Shown here: positions 1 through 13,300 of the stretch, in pieces
Layout of the letters: the number at the start of each line of letters is the position of its first letter
How positions within the stretch are numbered: the stretch's first letter is position 1
Source: Dimorphilus gyrociliatus
Taxonomy: Eukaryota > Animalia > Annelida
Direction: 5' to 3'
DNA length: 64,000 bases
NCBI GenBank assembly: GCA_904063045.1
Contig: CAJFCJ010000021.1
Location: 744,001-808,000 of the forward strand
Made by a program: the position numbers and the translations under genes
Notes under the pieces: model-generated
Seen by the model: the letters and a program-made list of their open reading frames with translations, nothing else
Database searches by the model: none
What the model was told of the DNA's origin: nothing

Positions 1-189
1 CTTTACCCATCCATATATATATATATATAAGCGTTTTTATTTCCCGCCATTTTACAACATTTATCTTTATTAATGGATTTGTATCTCCCAACGCATCATT
101 CACTTTCTCTGTGTTTCTATATCGCGCCTTTTGTTTATTTGGGTATTGAATACTTTCCGAAATTATATTTTAATAATACAAAAAATCAA

Positions 190-525
190 CAACGCCATCT
201 ATTGAAACGACCCTTATCTTTTTAAGTATGTAACAATAATTTTTATCAGCTATATGCATTGTTTAAATTGGTTAACAATTGTCAGAATATCGCAATCTAC
301 ACTTTGTTCTCTTCAATCAATCGTAAAGAAACGTAACGTCTATCTCATCAAGAAGTTATATACTTATATATATATATACTGGTTTATTTATAGAGATTTT
401 TTGATACAATATAAAACGAAAGAAAGGTTAGAGGGAACAAATCTTTATGTACTATATATATATATATATATATTGTAACAGAAAAAAAAGAGAATAGAAA
501 AAAACACTGACAACGCCATCTATCG
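190..525. promoter_or_regulatory. Two copies of CAACGCCATCTAT (CTCF-like core)
   Basis: Identical 13-mer at 190-202 and 511-523, resembling the CGCCAYCTA CTCF core. Motif match only. Confidence 0.35.
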
Positions 526-3500
526 TTTGAAAATAACTGTATTAAATACGTCAAAATTACTCTATAGAAAATCTAAAGTTATCAAAAATATCTAGTATTC
601 TTTTTAAGTTGAATAGCAGAGTCTAACACGGCGGTGTAATAACAAGCAATGTTTACTCGCGTTAGTCAGTCGTGCATAAAGGCGGCGACAGAAGAAGTTT
701 ATTGATTAGCTATTGATCCGATTTCGTTCTTTGTCGAATCCATATAACGTACGATCGTTATAACGCAATCTTTTTGTGTACAAATTATAAATCAATCGGA
801 CGAAAATAATCTCACTTTACGAGTCTAGCATTGTCGAGTTTAATCTTTACGATTATATTAACCTCTAAGATGGCGCCACTTAGCAGTTAAGGTAACAGCA
901 ATGGGACAATTCCTTTCCTGAAATATAAGTAGTAGCCTAATTGAATATAGAGAGAGAAAGAGAAGAAAAATGCAAAAAGTAGACAAGAATAAAAGACTAA
1001 ATATATAGTATATATATAAAGATATATATTTGTGTATGTATGTGAAAGAGAGTTCCATCTTTACCGTCTACAAAAAAAAAACCAAACGAATCACGTGATC
1101 ATCTGTGCGAACGAACTTTGTTTTTCTTTGCCGTTTTCTCTGTAAAATACGCTGATAGATTTAGAGAAATTTGACTTTTGTATAAATTATTAGGTTTAAA
1201 AGATATTTAGGAAATAGAATGATTGCAGTAGCTGTTTTATATTGTATATATATATATATATATATATGTTCGGTATCTCTTACTATGCCACCCATCACAC
1301 TCGCAAATACCCATTACTTTTTAGCCCTGTCCAATGCAACATTTCTGTTGAGAAAGCGCTTTTGGAGACTAGTAGACGACGGGAAACATCTCTGATTTCC
1401 CTGGGGAATCTTTTCGCCTCTTATTTTCTTTTTAGGAAGGAGGGGAAAGCGGTGCAACCCGGCGTTTTACATCACCCGACCTTCACCTTGCGTGATAATC
1501 AATGTTGTGAACATATGTTACCGAAAACATTGTATTTAAAAAGAACGAGACAAAAAAGACTACGTCCATATGTACATAAAACTTGAATCTCTCGCCAATA
1601 ATTTATTGCAAGTAGGCCAAAATGTTTGTCTCTTATTGTTAGCGTAGAATAACAAAACGGTCAAAACGTAAGGTTAATTACTTAATATCAAGTTTATCGT
1701 ATAAAATAGGAGTATGTATTGTCGTATATAGATATATAACGAATATAATGCTTAGCTTGTAATATTATTATCTCAGCAAATTATATTTAAGATAATAAAA
1801 AAACAATATATGTATTATATATGCATATTATAAATATGTATTAAGGAAACATAGGTAAACAATTGTTTTTAATACTATAATAAAGAATGAAGAGAAAGGA
1901 AATGTTACTATTGATATACACATGAATATATATATATATATATATAATGTATACAGCATATATATGCATATATACATATATATATATATAATTAATTTGA
2001 AACGCATAAACTATACAAACTAATTTAAATTAGTTAAAAATCTATTATGTATACTTAGTATATCTGTAATTATCTCTATGCCATTTTTTCCCGCCTCCAC
2101 CTAATCTCTCTCTCTCTCTTAAATGATACGTTTTTATAAAGAAAAGTACAAACAAACGAAAAAAAGAAAATCAAGCCTAAAACGAATTATAAATGAGGTT
2201 AGAAAAAATATCCTTCGAATTGGTTGCTGTCGTTGTTAAGGACAATCAGGCAGTTTAACAAAACGAAAATTTTATGTAAATAATGAATATATAAGAATAA
2301 TTGTGCAATAGTCTGTTAAACTCAAACAAAAAAACATGAGGTAGATAACTATATGAATAATTCATACGGGATTAACGTAGTAATGTTTACAAGAAAAAAA
2401 AACTGTGTCTCTTTCTAGTAAATATTTTATGGGCTTTCTTTCCCTTTCTTTCTCGGATATAACATCAAGTGATTTAGGAATATATATATATATATATATG
2501 TTATTAATTTTTAGTAACGAGAAAGAGAGAGAGAGAGAAGAGAAAGGAAAAAATAACAGGAAATTTACACGATTATATAGATAGTAGGCGTATCCTTTCT
2601 ATTATATGGGATTGTAATATTTTCAAACCTAACATATACACCATTGAAAGCCCTTCTTTAAAAAATCATTATTCTTTTTCAATCACCTACAAATATATGT
2701 TTATGAATACATCCTTATATAAATATTTTTACTTTGGTTTACCCTCCCACAAACCGCCCATTTGCCACCCCTTTCCCTAATAAATCATTCTCTCCTTTCA
2801 ATTGTTATTAATATTATATTTAATATAATTATCTTAATGATCTTAGTATGAACGATTATTTCGACAAAGGGAACAGTTTAAGATTCTATATAAATAAAAC
2901 TTCAAAAGAAGCTCGTATATGTATATAAACAATACTCGAATACAGATTGTATACATGAATAATAAATTAACAAGGTTACCATTGCTTATATTATAAATAT
3001 TAGACAAGAGAATATTTGTTCGCGAAGGAAAGGCAGAGTTATAGGTACCATGTATATCATATCGTAGTTTATACATCCATACATATATAGTATATATGTA
3101 AAAGTAAGCAAGTGCCAATACAACTATGCTCTACATATACGTATACACATATACAGATAATCATCTCTATATAGATTTAATATAATAAATGCGGTTCGGG
3201 TCAAAAGGAATTAGGAAATAACATTTACTTTAGGAGAAAATGATCGTTATCAATAATTCATAAAGTGAACTTTTATATATACACATAATTTAATAGGAGC
3301 ATTATTTTTGCTTATAGATAATAACAGCAAATATATGTTATGTATATTTATAAATTTCTCTCTTTTCCCCTTCAAATTTGTATTACTATAGTTTTTATTA
3401 ATTTATTATTATAAAATCCACTTTTAAACAAACAATATATTAAATAGATAAAATAACAACACAACGTAAACAAATATCTAAAATTTTCTTTATAGTCTTT

Positions 3501-4373
3501 CATTTTAAAGGTTCTATCGTTTCTCTCTCTCTCTCTCTCTCTCTTTTCATCATATTCCCCTTTCCTTTCGTCTTTTACCCATCTTCATTTATTGAGAGTG
3601 ACGCTTTTAGATGGCAGTAAGACGCCTCGAGTAGTTTTTATCCCATCTACGGATCAATAGAACGTCACAATTTTTTTTTCAAATACTTAATAAAAAAACA
3701 TTAGTAAGGAGAATACCAAAACGTAGGAGTATGCAAATAGATTAAAGCTATAAATGTATTATGCCGAATGTTGATGCGTATAATTTGTATCATCCACTAC
3801 CCTAATATTTATTATTTACCTATTGTTTCTCCAACTTTGTTAGAGCGATACGAATCGTCTAAGATAATATACGAAAATGGAACGCAACATTTATAAAATA
3901 TATGTAAACGTATAAAAGAAAACTAAAAAAAGTAACAATAATGAAATAGAAACGCTCTATTTAATTAAATGGAGCGTCTAAATTTTTTTTCTATACTTTC
4001 TCGTACAATGTTTGTTTTTTTTTTCGGCGAGTTTCATTTCTTTATAACTTTGTAGGGCTAAAAAAAAGTGACGCTAAATAATAATAATTATAAAGGCTTG
4101 GTTATAACTATTAGTTATTTGATACAACAGCTTAACTATTCTTATAAATATATATATATATTCTATTTCCTATTCTATTGAAAAGTGGTTAAGTTCAAGT
4201 ACAAATATAAGAGTAAAATAGTTAGAGATATCGATAAAACGGTAAAATAATTCATTGTATAAACTAGAGGTTAACTTCATTATAGGACTTTTAGGTTATT
4301 TTTTTTTTTTGTTTTATCTTTCTGTTACTTAATAATTTATCTACAATTGTTTCTTTTAATTCTTTTCTAACAG

Positions 4374-7300
4374 CCCTTCTAGCTACATGGTGTGAAGAAC
4401 TTGCTAGGCATATTCTCTCTTCTAAAGTCGCCATTAAGGATCCACCATCTTCAGAGATGAATGGAATGCCTCCCGCAATACAGGCGCCTGGACCTGGAAC
4501 GCCTAATTCTTTAGTACACAGAATGATACCCTCCCCTATGAATCAACAGTAAGTAAAACTCTATTTATAGTTATAAATAACTAAAGAAAACAGAAAGAGA
4601 ATAATAAAAATAGGATGATAAGGCGGCGTTAAAAACTTGAAAATATCGGTTTTCTTTTTAAAGAAAACTATTAATATATCACTATTGTTATATTAAGGAG
4701 TTTTAGACTATAAAAAAGTTGTATTCAAGATAGTTATTACAAGAGAAAAAGAGAGAGAGAATGAAAGAAAAAGAAATATTCAAGAGGAATCTCAAAATAA
4801 AACACTACAGTTAGTGAACTGAAAAAATCCCATGATACTTTCAAAATTGTTATAGTTTCACCACAAGTTTGTAAACAAGGATTTTATATGATAAAAAAAC
4901 AACAAGAAAGATGTGGGAAAGAGTTCATCATTGAAGTAAAATGAATATTTAGTGTCTATTAATTGAACATATATCGAGACACTTCAAGAGACCAATAGAC
5001 AAATGACCAATTCTAGACAAAGAACTTTTCTAGATAACGATAATACGTCAATTGTATTTTCATTAAAATCATTCTTCATTCCGTAATATATCTTCTATAT
5101 AACGTCAAATAGGTTATTTTAAAACTATTTATACTCCTATGTTTTCTTTAGTTTTATTAAAGGGAACATATATAACTAAGTGAAATTGAGAATTCTTGGC
5201 CTTCTGCTTTTATTTATATCAATTAATACTGTTGGCCGTAAATAAGGTTAGGCGTTATGAAATAGAGAAAAATAGATTTTGTCGTCTTAATGACATCAGA
5301 CAAAGTCGAGCGCGTTGTGATTGTGTGAAAAAAAATCGGTCTTTTACAGATTATTGACATCCTGTTCGATATGCGTCCCAGTTACCATGACGATACTCGT
5401 TATCTCCTACTAATTTTGAAAGTAAAGAAGTTTTAGTTAGTGTGATAGAGTGCGCATTCTTAGCGCCTTTCCCCTACACGGTTTCTATGGTTACTCTTTT
5501 TCGCTCCTGGCTATAATATAGCACTCGGTTTCCCTTTCTTGTTGACTACTTAACATTTCTAGCCAATATGTGAAAATGTTCGTTTGAAAAATGTGCGTAG
5601 GACGATAAACATCGTTTATATTTGTCAATGTGTGGGCGATTGTTACTTAAAATTGACCGCCAAGATGGCTCATAACGGCAGATAACGCCATCTTGTGTTT
5701 CATATTTAAAAACTTGTGTCCTATTGGTTGTTGGTGAATAGAACAGTGTAGCTGATTGGTTGAAAGGCGACATCTTCCGGCAAGCGTCGTTGGCAACTTG
5801 TCAGACTTGTTTTTATTGGCGGTTGAAATTTGTTAAACAAGATTTGATTGGCCGATCTTTGTTTAGCTCAGGTACATTACGAGCAGACGTCAGACGAGCT
5901 AGTTTTCATGCGGATTTTTTTAATATTTTTCTTCGTCTTTTTGAAAAATCGATGATTGAAGGCATCTTCAAATGAAAGGATACGCCTGTGATTTATGGAT
6001 TAACTCGACTTTTTAGAAGATTGGCGTCGATGGACGCAGAATTGGAAGCGTTGTTGTTCAGCGCAGCTGGGTCTGTTTACTCGCTAATTAATTACGCGCG
6101 AAAAACGATTAGTAAAGCTGTTTTAACGAAAAAATCAGAGGCAGGACGATTATTATGCGCATAAAATAAGGCCTATCAGTCAGCTGCCCTATTCATCGAT
6201 TTCGTTTCAGTACCGTGACACATATCGTTATCAGTAGTAATACGTCAGAGTTATGTATACAAAAAAACGCCCTGACCCATTTTTCTAAAAAAATCAAGCT
6301 TGTTTTTTTTCGTCCATGTTATTTACATAAGGTGTTGTTAGGTATTGTTTATACGGTCGCCAACTAATAAAAATTCCTTGCCTATTTACAATTAACAGAG
6401 ACGGCCAACCTTCAAATCCACAAGCCCAATGGCAAGGTCAAAACCCACCGTCGCAGAATGGAGGTCCACAAAATGGAAACGTTTCCGTCGTGACGACGGC
6501 CGTATGGCAGCAAAATCGAGCACAAATCGGCCACATGGGAAAACCGGAATACGGACATCCCGAATACGGAAAAGCCGGTCTTCATGGTCGACCAAAGTTT
6601 GTATATTTATTACTTATTCGATGTTTAATCGATTAGATCTATTGTATTTCCCTATTTAGTTTACACACCATAGAAAAATATAGGTAAATAGAATTGACCG
6701 GAAGTTGAGGGTGGTCAGTGGCGCCGCTTCGATAAAAAAAAAAATATATAGCATATCAATTTGCGATAGTAATATCAAAATGAGGTTTTTATACTTTTTA
6801 CATTTAGCTTAGCAGATAGAAAATCTGGATTAAATTCAGTAAAAATTATAGTAGAATTTCCTAAAGACTTAACTTTTATATACAAAAGTTTAGTCTATCC
6901 GGTTTGTGATTTGCAGATAAATACATAAAAGAGTCATTAATCCGTTTTACGCACGCCGTATGTAGTTTTTATAGTAATAGCTTATTGCCTAACCGCTAAA
7001 ATGGCCATAATTAGGGGGAAAGTGAATAAAGTAGGAAAAGTGTTTTATTTATTTATACTTTATTCTCTACTCAACCTTTCTATCTCCCCCTTTTTTCCCC
7101 ACCCCCTATTTCCCATCTATCCCATTCTATACTCTAAATTACCTTATATCTACTACTTGCAATTTGCGCCAATTGAACAATTACATTTCTATATCGTAGT
7201 TATTTATTATCCTTCTCTTTAATTTTCTTTGACGAATATTCCCTTAAAACAACTGACAAACAAGTTAGGGAGGAAAACCGCAATTCGAAGCAGATGTTTA

Positions 7301-10300
7301 GCTTGTTAACTACTAGTAAAGTATTGGTAACACCTGTTTTTATTCGCCAACAGCGGATACAATTCGCCACCTTCTTCGACGCCTAACGGTATGGCCGCAG
7401 CTGCAATGGTAGCTGCAGCAGCTACCGCTACGGCGACGGCAACAGCTACGGCTGTAATGGGAGTACACGACCAAGGACAACAGCCACAACCTCAGCCACC
7501 ACCAGGACAGCCAATAAATATGAATATTAACGTAAACGCTAATAGTCAACTACACGGTCCACACCATCAGGTTAGTATCGAAGATGCTTTAATAATAATA
7601 ATAATAGTAGTACCATCGGGAATTAAGCGCACGTAATTGACTATATAGATTTTTTTTTTTTTGAGTATACGGTTGTTTTATAGTTCGGTGCAGGTGAACT
7701 TTTGTTTACGACGTTTCTTATTTTTATTAACAAAGTATTTCTATCTGGATAGTTTATTTTTCGTTTTTTTTCTTAACAAGAGGTTAACGTCTTAACGTAT
7801 TTGTATATAATTATAATCCAAGCGAGAAAAGTCAATGATCTCTCTCTACAGTCTATACAATAGGTATATAGATATCTCTTGGTGTATGAATGCATATCTC
7901 ATCATTATGAACAATTACTATAAAAACTTTTAAATAATTCATTAAAACACGAGTATTAAAAAAATTTCGATTGATTCTATTAGTCTATATTATTTCTATT
8001 TAAAAAAATCTATTTTTTATTTCAATATGCAAATGTCCGATTCTTTTCTAGTTTTTATTAAAAAAAATCATATATTAATTTTCTTTTTTTAGAAATATCT
8101 ATATTTAAATTACAAAAACAGCTATAACGGTATTAGAAACAATAACGCATGTAAAAACTATATACTACCTCGAACGTGATAGATAGCTAAACTAAACGAT
8201 TATTATAAAAAAGAATTAATAATTTCACAATAGGAAGGTAAAAGAAAGATAGAGAGAGAGAAAGAAAATCACCATGTATCAGGTTGAAAGTTTAGTAAGA
8301 AAATAATATATATCTATATAAAAAATTGTATTAATGGATCAGTTTGCTCTTTTTTTTATCCTATAATCCAGTTTTAACAAAGTACGAATTTTTAGAAATT
8401 TTTACGTTTTATTTAAATATGTAAAAGATCTTGGAAAAACTATAATGGATAGATTAAGAAATAATCGGTAATATAAGTAAGTTGGGGATTATTTCCCTAA
8501 TTGTTGACAAATAATTTCAATAGAGAGAAAGAAAAAAAAAGGAACCCTGCAAGATTATGTATAGTTACTTATTGCGATATTTACGTAACTTTATATAATT
8601 ATACGTATATGTATAATTAACTATTGTTGAAAGGTTATTGTAAATATGTTAAGTACATAGTCTAATCGAACTGGAAATATTTTAAAAATGTGTGCAGCTG
8701 TTAAGAATTAAACGTAAAGTTTATATAAGTCTCTGAAAAATTAGTATTCTACACATGCTATAGGCGTGAAAAAAAAAAAAAAAGACATTGATATTTTGAG
8801 GTTAGACCGTACTTTTTGTAGGTTTTTCTTTTTTTTTTTGGTGAAATTTGAGTACTTAGTTTTTCTTTTTGACTGTTAAGTCTAAAGGAATACGATTCTG
8901 TTTTAAGAGGCCTCTCGGCTTTTTTTTTTATTCGTAATCAGTTCTAGATTTTTAAAAGCTCTTTACAAGATATAAATATGGATATTAGAAAAATTATCCC
9001 ATTTTTTTCTCTTCTAAATACGCAGTAGGAAAAGTCGGTATAGTCTAAGGGCAGATCGATATTTTCCATTTACCTAGTGTCAAGCGGATTATCGACTGGA
9101 TACTGTAGTTCTACTCCTTCTGTCTCTCTTCACTTTCAACTGTGTTTTTTTTTTCTCCGCATACAAAATGCTTTTGTATTTTCTCTTTTATTTTTTGTAC
9201 TTTGCTACTTTTTTTCAATAATACAATTCATTAATTTTTGTAATTGTTTACAGCAAATGTCAGCCTATGGCCACTCGAATGCTATGTTACCAAACCAACG
9301 TCCTGTTCACCAGATGGCACCAATGTCATCAGCGGGTGTTGGAGGTCCTATGGTCAATGGTATGATGAGGAATAGGCAAGCTCCTTATCCAACACCGCAG
9401 CAGTACATGATGCAGAAAAGAGGGCAAAACGTAAGCTATCTTTGTGGGTTGTTTTCGGGGAAAGGGAGGAAGGGGAAAGGTAACGTGGGTATATCGTAGT
9501 TTAGACGTGAAAAAAAAATAGATAAACAAACACTTCGTGGATTTAATTGATTCATAGAAATGCTCACCTGATTCAGAGAGTATGTTCTCAATAGCTCGAA
9601 AATTATTAGGCCTTTTTATATAAATATGTGTACATATCGCGTAGGTGAGATAAAATATTTTTGATGATTTTCTATATTTTAATGAAAATAAGAAGAGAAA
9701 CCCGACAGTTGAATAGAGTGGTGGTATTGTAAATAAATATATTTACGAAAGATATCTTCTCTTCTTACAATGATTTAATATGTATTTATATATAAAAACC
9801 GAACAAATTACAAAATTTTCCTTTTACGAGATTGGATATACTAGTCTCCTTTATGTCAAAATAGAGAAGATAATCAAAAATAGGCGAAACGTTGTTTTAT
9901 TAATCAAAAAGAATGGAAAAAAAAGACATGTATTAAATACTCTCTTTCTAAAAGTGTGAGCAAGTCTATCGTTACAATTTTATCCATAGTTTTTTTTCTA
10001 GTAAAAGTCTTTAGAGTGACATTCCTCCATATTTTTCCTTCCCCCCGCCCCCACTCTCTCTTTGTCGCTCTTTCTCTCCGTCGCTCTATTTTTCTTCATT
10101 TTATGTCTTTACACTAATTTAAACACTCGTATAATAACTCTTAGAATATTCAATACTTTTTTCCTCCTTTTGTTTATTTTTTAACTACGTAATCTGAAAA
10201 GAACACTAGTGTCTAATAACTGGTTGAACAGTTGTATTATTATTCTTTTCCTACCTTTTACATTGTAACCCAGGTTTAAGATTATGGTCTATTGTTTTAT

Positions 10301-13300
10301 TTTCCATACTATTTTGAGTTATTCTTCACTTTTTTCCCTTTTAATTTCTTTTTTAATCCAAAAAAAAATGAGAAATCGAACGCATGAAAGGAACAAATAG
10401 ACCTTTTTTGTTTGTTTTGTTTATATTTTCTATTCCTTTCAATTTTTTTTTATTATCTAATTTGGAATTATTTTTTAATATAATTGAATTTCATTGGTTT
10501 AAGATAAACAAAACCTAATATAACAACGAAACTAAAAAATTATTAATTAAAAAAGAAACGATGAAACAACGAAACGAACTTTACCCTTCCTAAACAAACA
10601 AACAAAACCAATAAATTAATTTTTAATAATTTCGAAAGTTAGAATAAGAAAGTTAATGGAATTTTTCTTTTTTCTCTTTGTAGCCAATGTCATGGCATCA
10701 GTACAATGATTATTGTGCAACTGACGTAAGTTTTCTTTAAGGGTGAAAAATTATTAAATTAATAATATTTTGTAAATATTGAAAACTAATTAATAAAGGA
10801 TTTAGGATTTTAATAATAAAAAGAGATTTTATATTTGAAATGAGAAAAAAATAAGTAGTTTTTATCTGTTTAACGATTATTTATCTTATAAATTTAGATG
10901 TTAAAATGTAGGAGAAATATTAAATGATTAAAAATTCTACAAACATTGGTATAGATATTCAAAATGTTAAAAAAAAAAACAAAAGACTACTGTTTGAATA
11001 TTTATATATTACTGTTGACGAATTGCTTATATTGGTTTAAATATATCTTTTCTTTATTATTATTATTATTATTATTAATTATAAAGTAAATTTTATTGCT
11101 ACTCTATGAAATCTATTGCTAATTAGTTTGCTATTTTATTACAGCCTTATCCTGGTAATATGCCTGCCGCTTATACGCAACAACCGTATAGCAAATACGG
11201 TGGAGCTCCAGCCCAACAACCATTGCCTGGTTCTTCACCGGTTTATAATCGGTAAGTTGAGAGTTTATTATAAGTACAATGAAATATGGATAATGCAATA
11301 ATTAAAAAGTGGTTATCTAATTTAGTCTCGAGGTATTTTTAATCTTTCGAAAGAAAAATACGCGTTTTTCCTTTCTTTTTATTGTAATTGCTATAATCAA
11401 TTTCTAGCTATTTGCACGCGAAGCTTTTAAATAGTTGCTCTGGCAAATATAATTACATAGTGTTGGTCGGGAACAAAAGTGTTTTCATTATCATAGCCAA
11501 GCCTGAAGCGTAGGGAATAACACGTTAATTGACAGACGAAATGTTTAGTTTTTGTTAATAATATGTTTTCGTTAATCCAAACTTAATCTATAAGATAAGC
11601 CGTCCTTATAAAAAAATCAATACCATTAAAAGATTATAAAGAAGAGGGAAAAAGAGAAGAGAGTGTATAAGTGAGTGAGTGAGTGAGTGAGAGAAAGAGA
11701 GAGAGAGAGAGAGAATGAATGAATAAATGAAATAAAGAAAAAATTGTTTATCTGTTAAGTCTATTATTTTCGTTGTTTGACAACAATTTTACTCGGATTG
11801 CAAACATTTTAGATTTAAAAAGTTAGCGGTAAATAATTGCTTAAAGCACGAATAAGGAAGTATTGACAAACTGAAAACAATATAAGAGTGTCTTGGACGT
11901 GACGGGAATATGAGATATTGATTAGGTATAAAGCGTAATACTCTTTTTGTTTTTTTCGTATTTTTTTGTGATGTTAGAAGGGAGTTTATATTCTCTCCTT
12001 CTCTTACGTATTCCCTAATTGGAACGTGTTTTTACACACTATTCCCTTTCTCTGCTCACCGAAACCGACCGAGTTTTATAGTAATTTGAGTAGAAAAAAT
12101 AAACAATGTTGAAAGCTTGTTCCGACCGGAATGAAATAAAGCGAGTTAGAAAGAGTGAAATAAAAGCATTTAAGCAAGCAACTAAGCCAAGCTAAGCGTG
12201 CCTAAGCGAAAAACTATTGAACAAATATATCTTAATAATATCTTTTATTACTAGTATAGATAATTTTTAAATATTTTATCTTAATTTTCATAGTAAATCA
12301 GTCTAGTTATTCTATATAGATAGATAACGGAATTCTTTTCATATGAGTATATTACTTATTTAATTGTTTTTCTTTGTGTTTTTTTTTTACACTCTACAGA
12401 CCATATCCTAATCCTAATCCTATGTACCATCAACGCAATTATAATGGCCACTATCCTCCGGGTGGTCCGGGAGGTGGTGGCGGAGGAGGTTACTATCACA
12501 ATATACCTGGTCCCGCTCCACCTGGAGTTCCTACACCGCCTGTTACGCCTTCAACGCCTAGCGCTGTTCCGTGTCCGGGTCCTGGACCCTACAATCAAGA
12601 CGTCAAACCGCACATAAAACAAGAAATGGTGCAGGAAGAACTACGATTAACGTTCCCAGTTCGAGACGGGGTTGTTCTACCGCCATTTCGGTTGGAGCAT
12701 AATTTAGCCGTATCAAATCACGTATTCCATTTACGGGAGAGTGTTTATAATACGCTTATGTGGCGACCCGATCTGGAATTGCAGCTGAAATGCTTCCATC
12801 ACGAGGACAGGGCTATGAACACTAATTGGCCAGCCTCTGTTGCAGTTTCAGTCAATGCCACACCACTCCATATCCAAAGGTCGTCAGACGTCAAGTCATC
12901 GACACACAAGCCACTCTACCTGAAAAATGTCTGCTGTCCTAACCGCAATACAATCCAGATAACTGTAACCGCCTGTTGCTGTTCCCACCTCTTTGTACTG
13001 CAGCTCGTCCATCGACCATCGGTACGGTCAGTACTGCAAGGTTTATTACGGAAGCGTATGCTGCCTATAGAGAATTGCGTCCAAAAAGTGAAAAAATGGT
13101 TCGGTAACGGTCAAGGAAGTATGGGAGAGGAGGGAGTTGAACAAACAGCGACGAGAGTTTCGTTGAAATGCCCGGTCACTTATAGAAAGATACAATTGCC
13201 TGCCAGGGGGCACGACTGCAGACACATTCAGTGTTTCGACCTGGAGACATATTTGCAGATGAACTGTGAGAGGCCGACTTGGAAATGTCCGGTCTGTAAT

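Noticed and set aside
866-1490. Possible non-coding first exon (AAGATGGCG...aag|gtaaca) and an acceptor at ~1434
   Set aside because: Motif-level only. I could not link it in phase to exon 4374.
2590-2598. U12-type donor-like GTATCCTTT (similar strings at 18420 and in ARPC2 intron 2)
   Set aside because: No adjoining exon or U12 branch site. The surrounding introns are explained by canonical GT-AG sites.
254-3118. Short ORFs in the track (254-478, 858-1058, 1242-1586, 2843-3118)
   Set aside because: They are I/Y/F-rich translations of TA repeats and intronic sequence. No ZMIZ1 N-terminal motifs or other homology were recognised.
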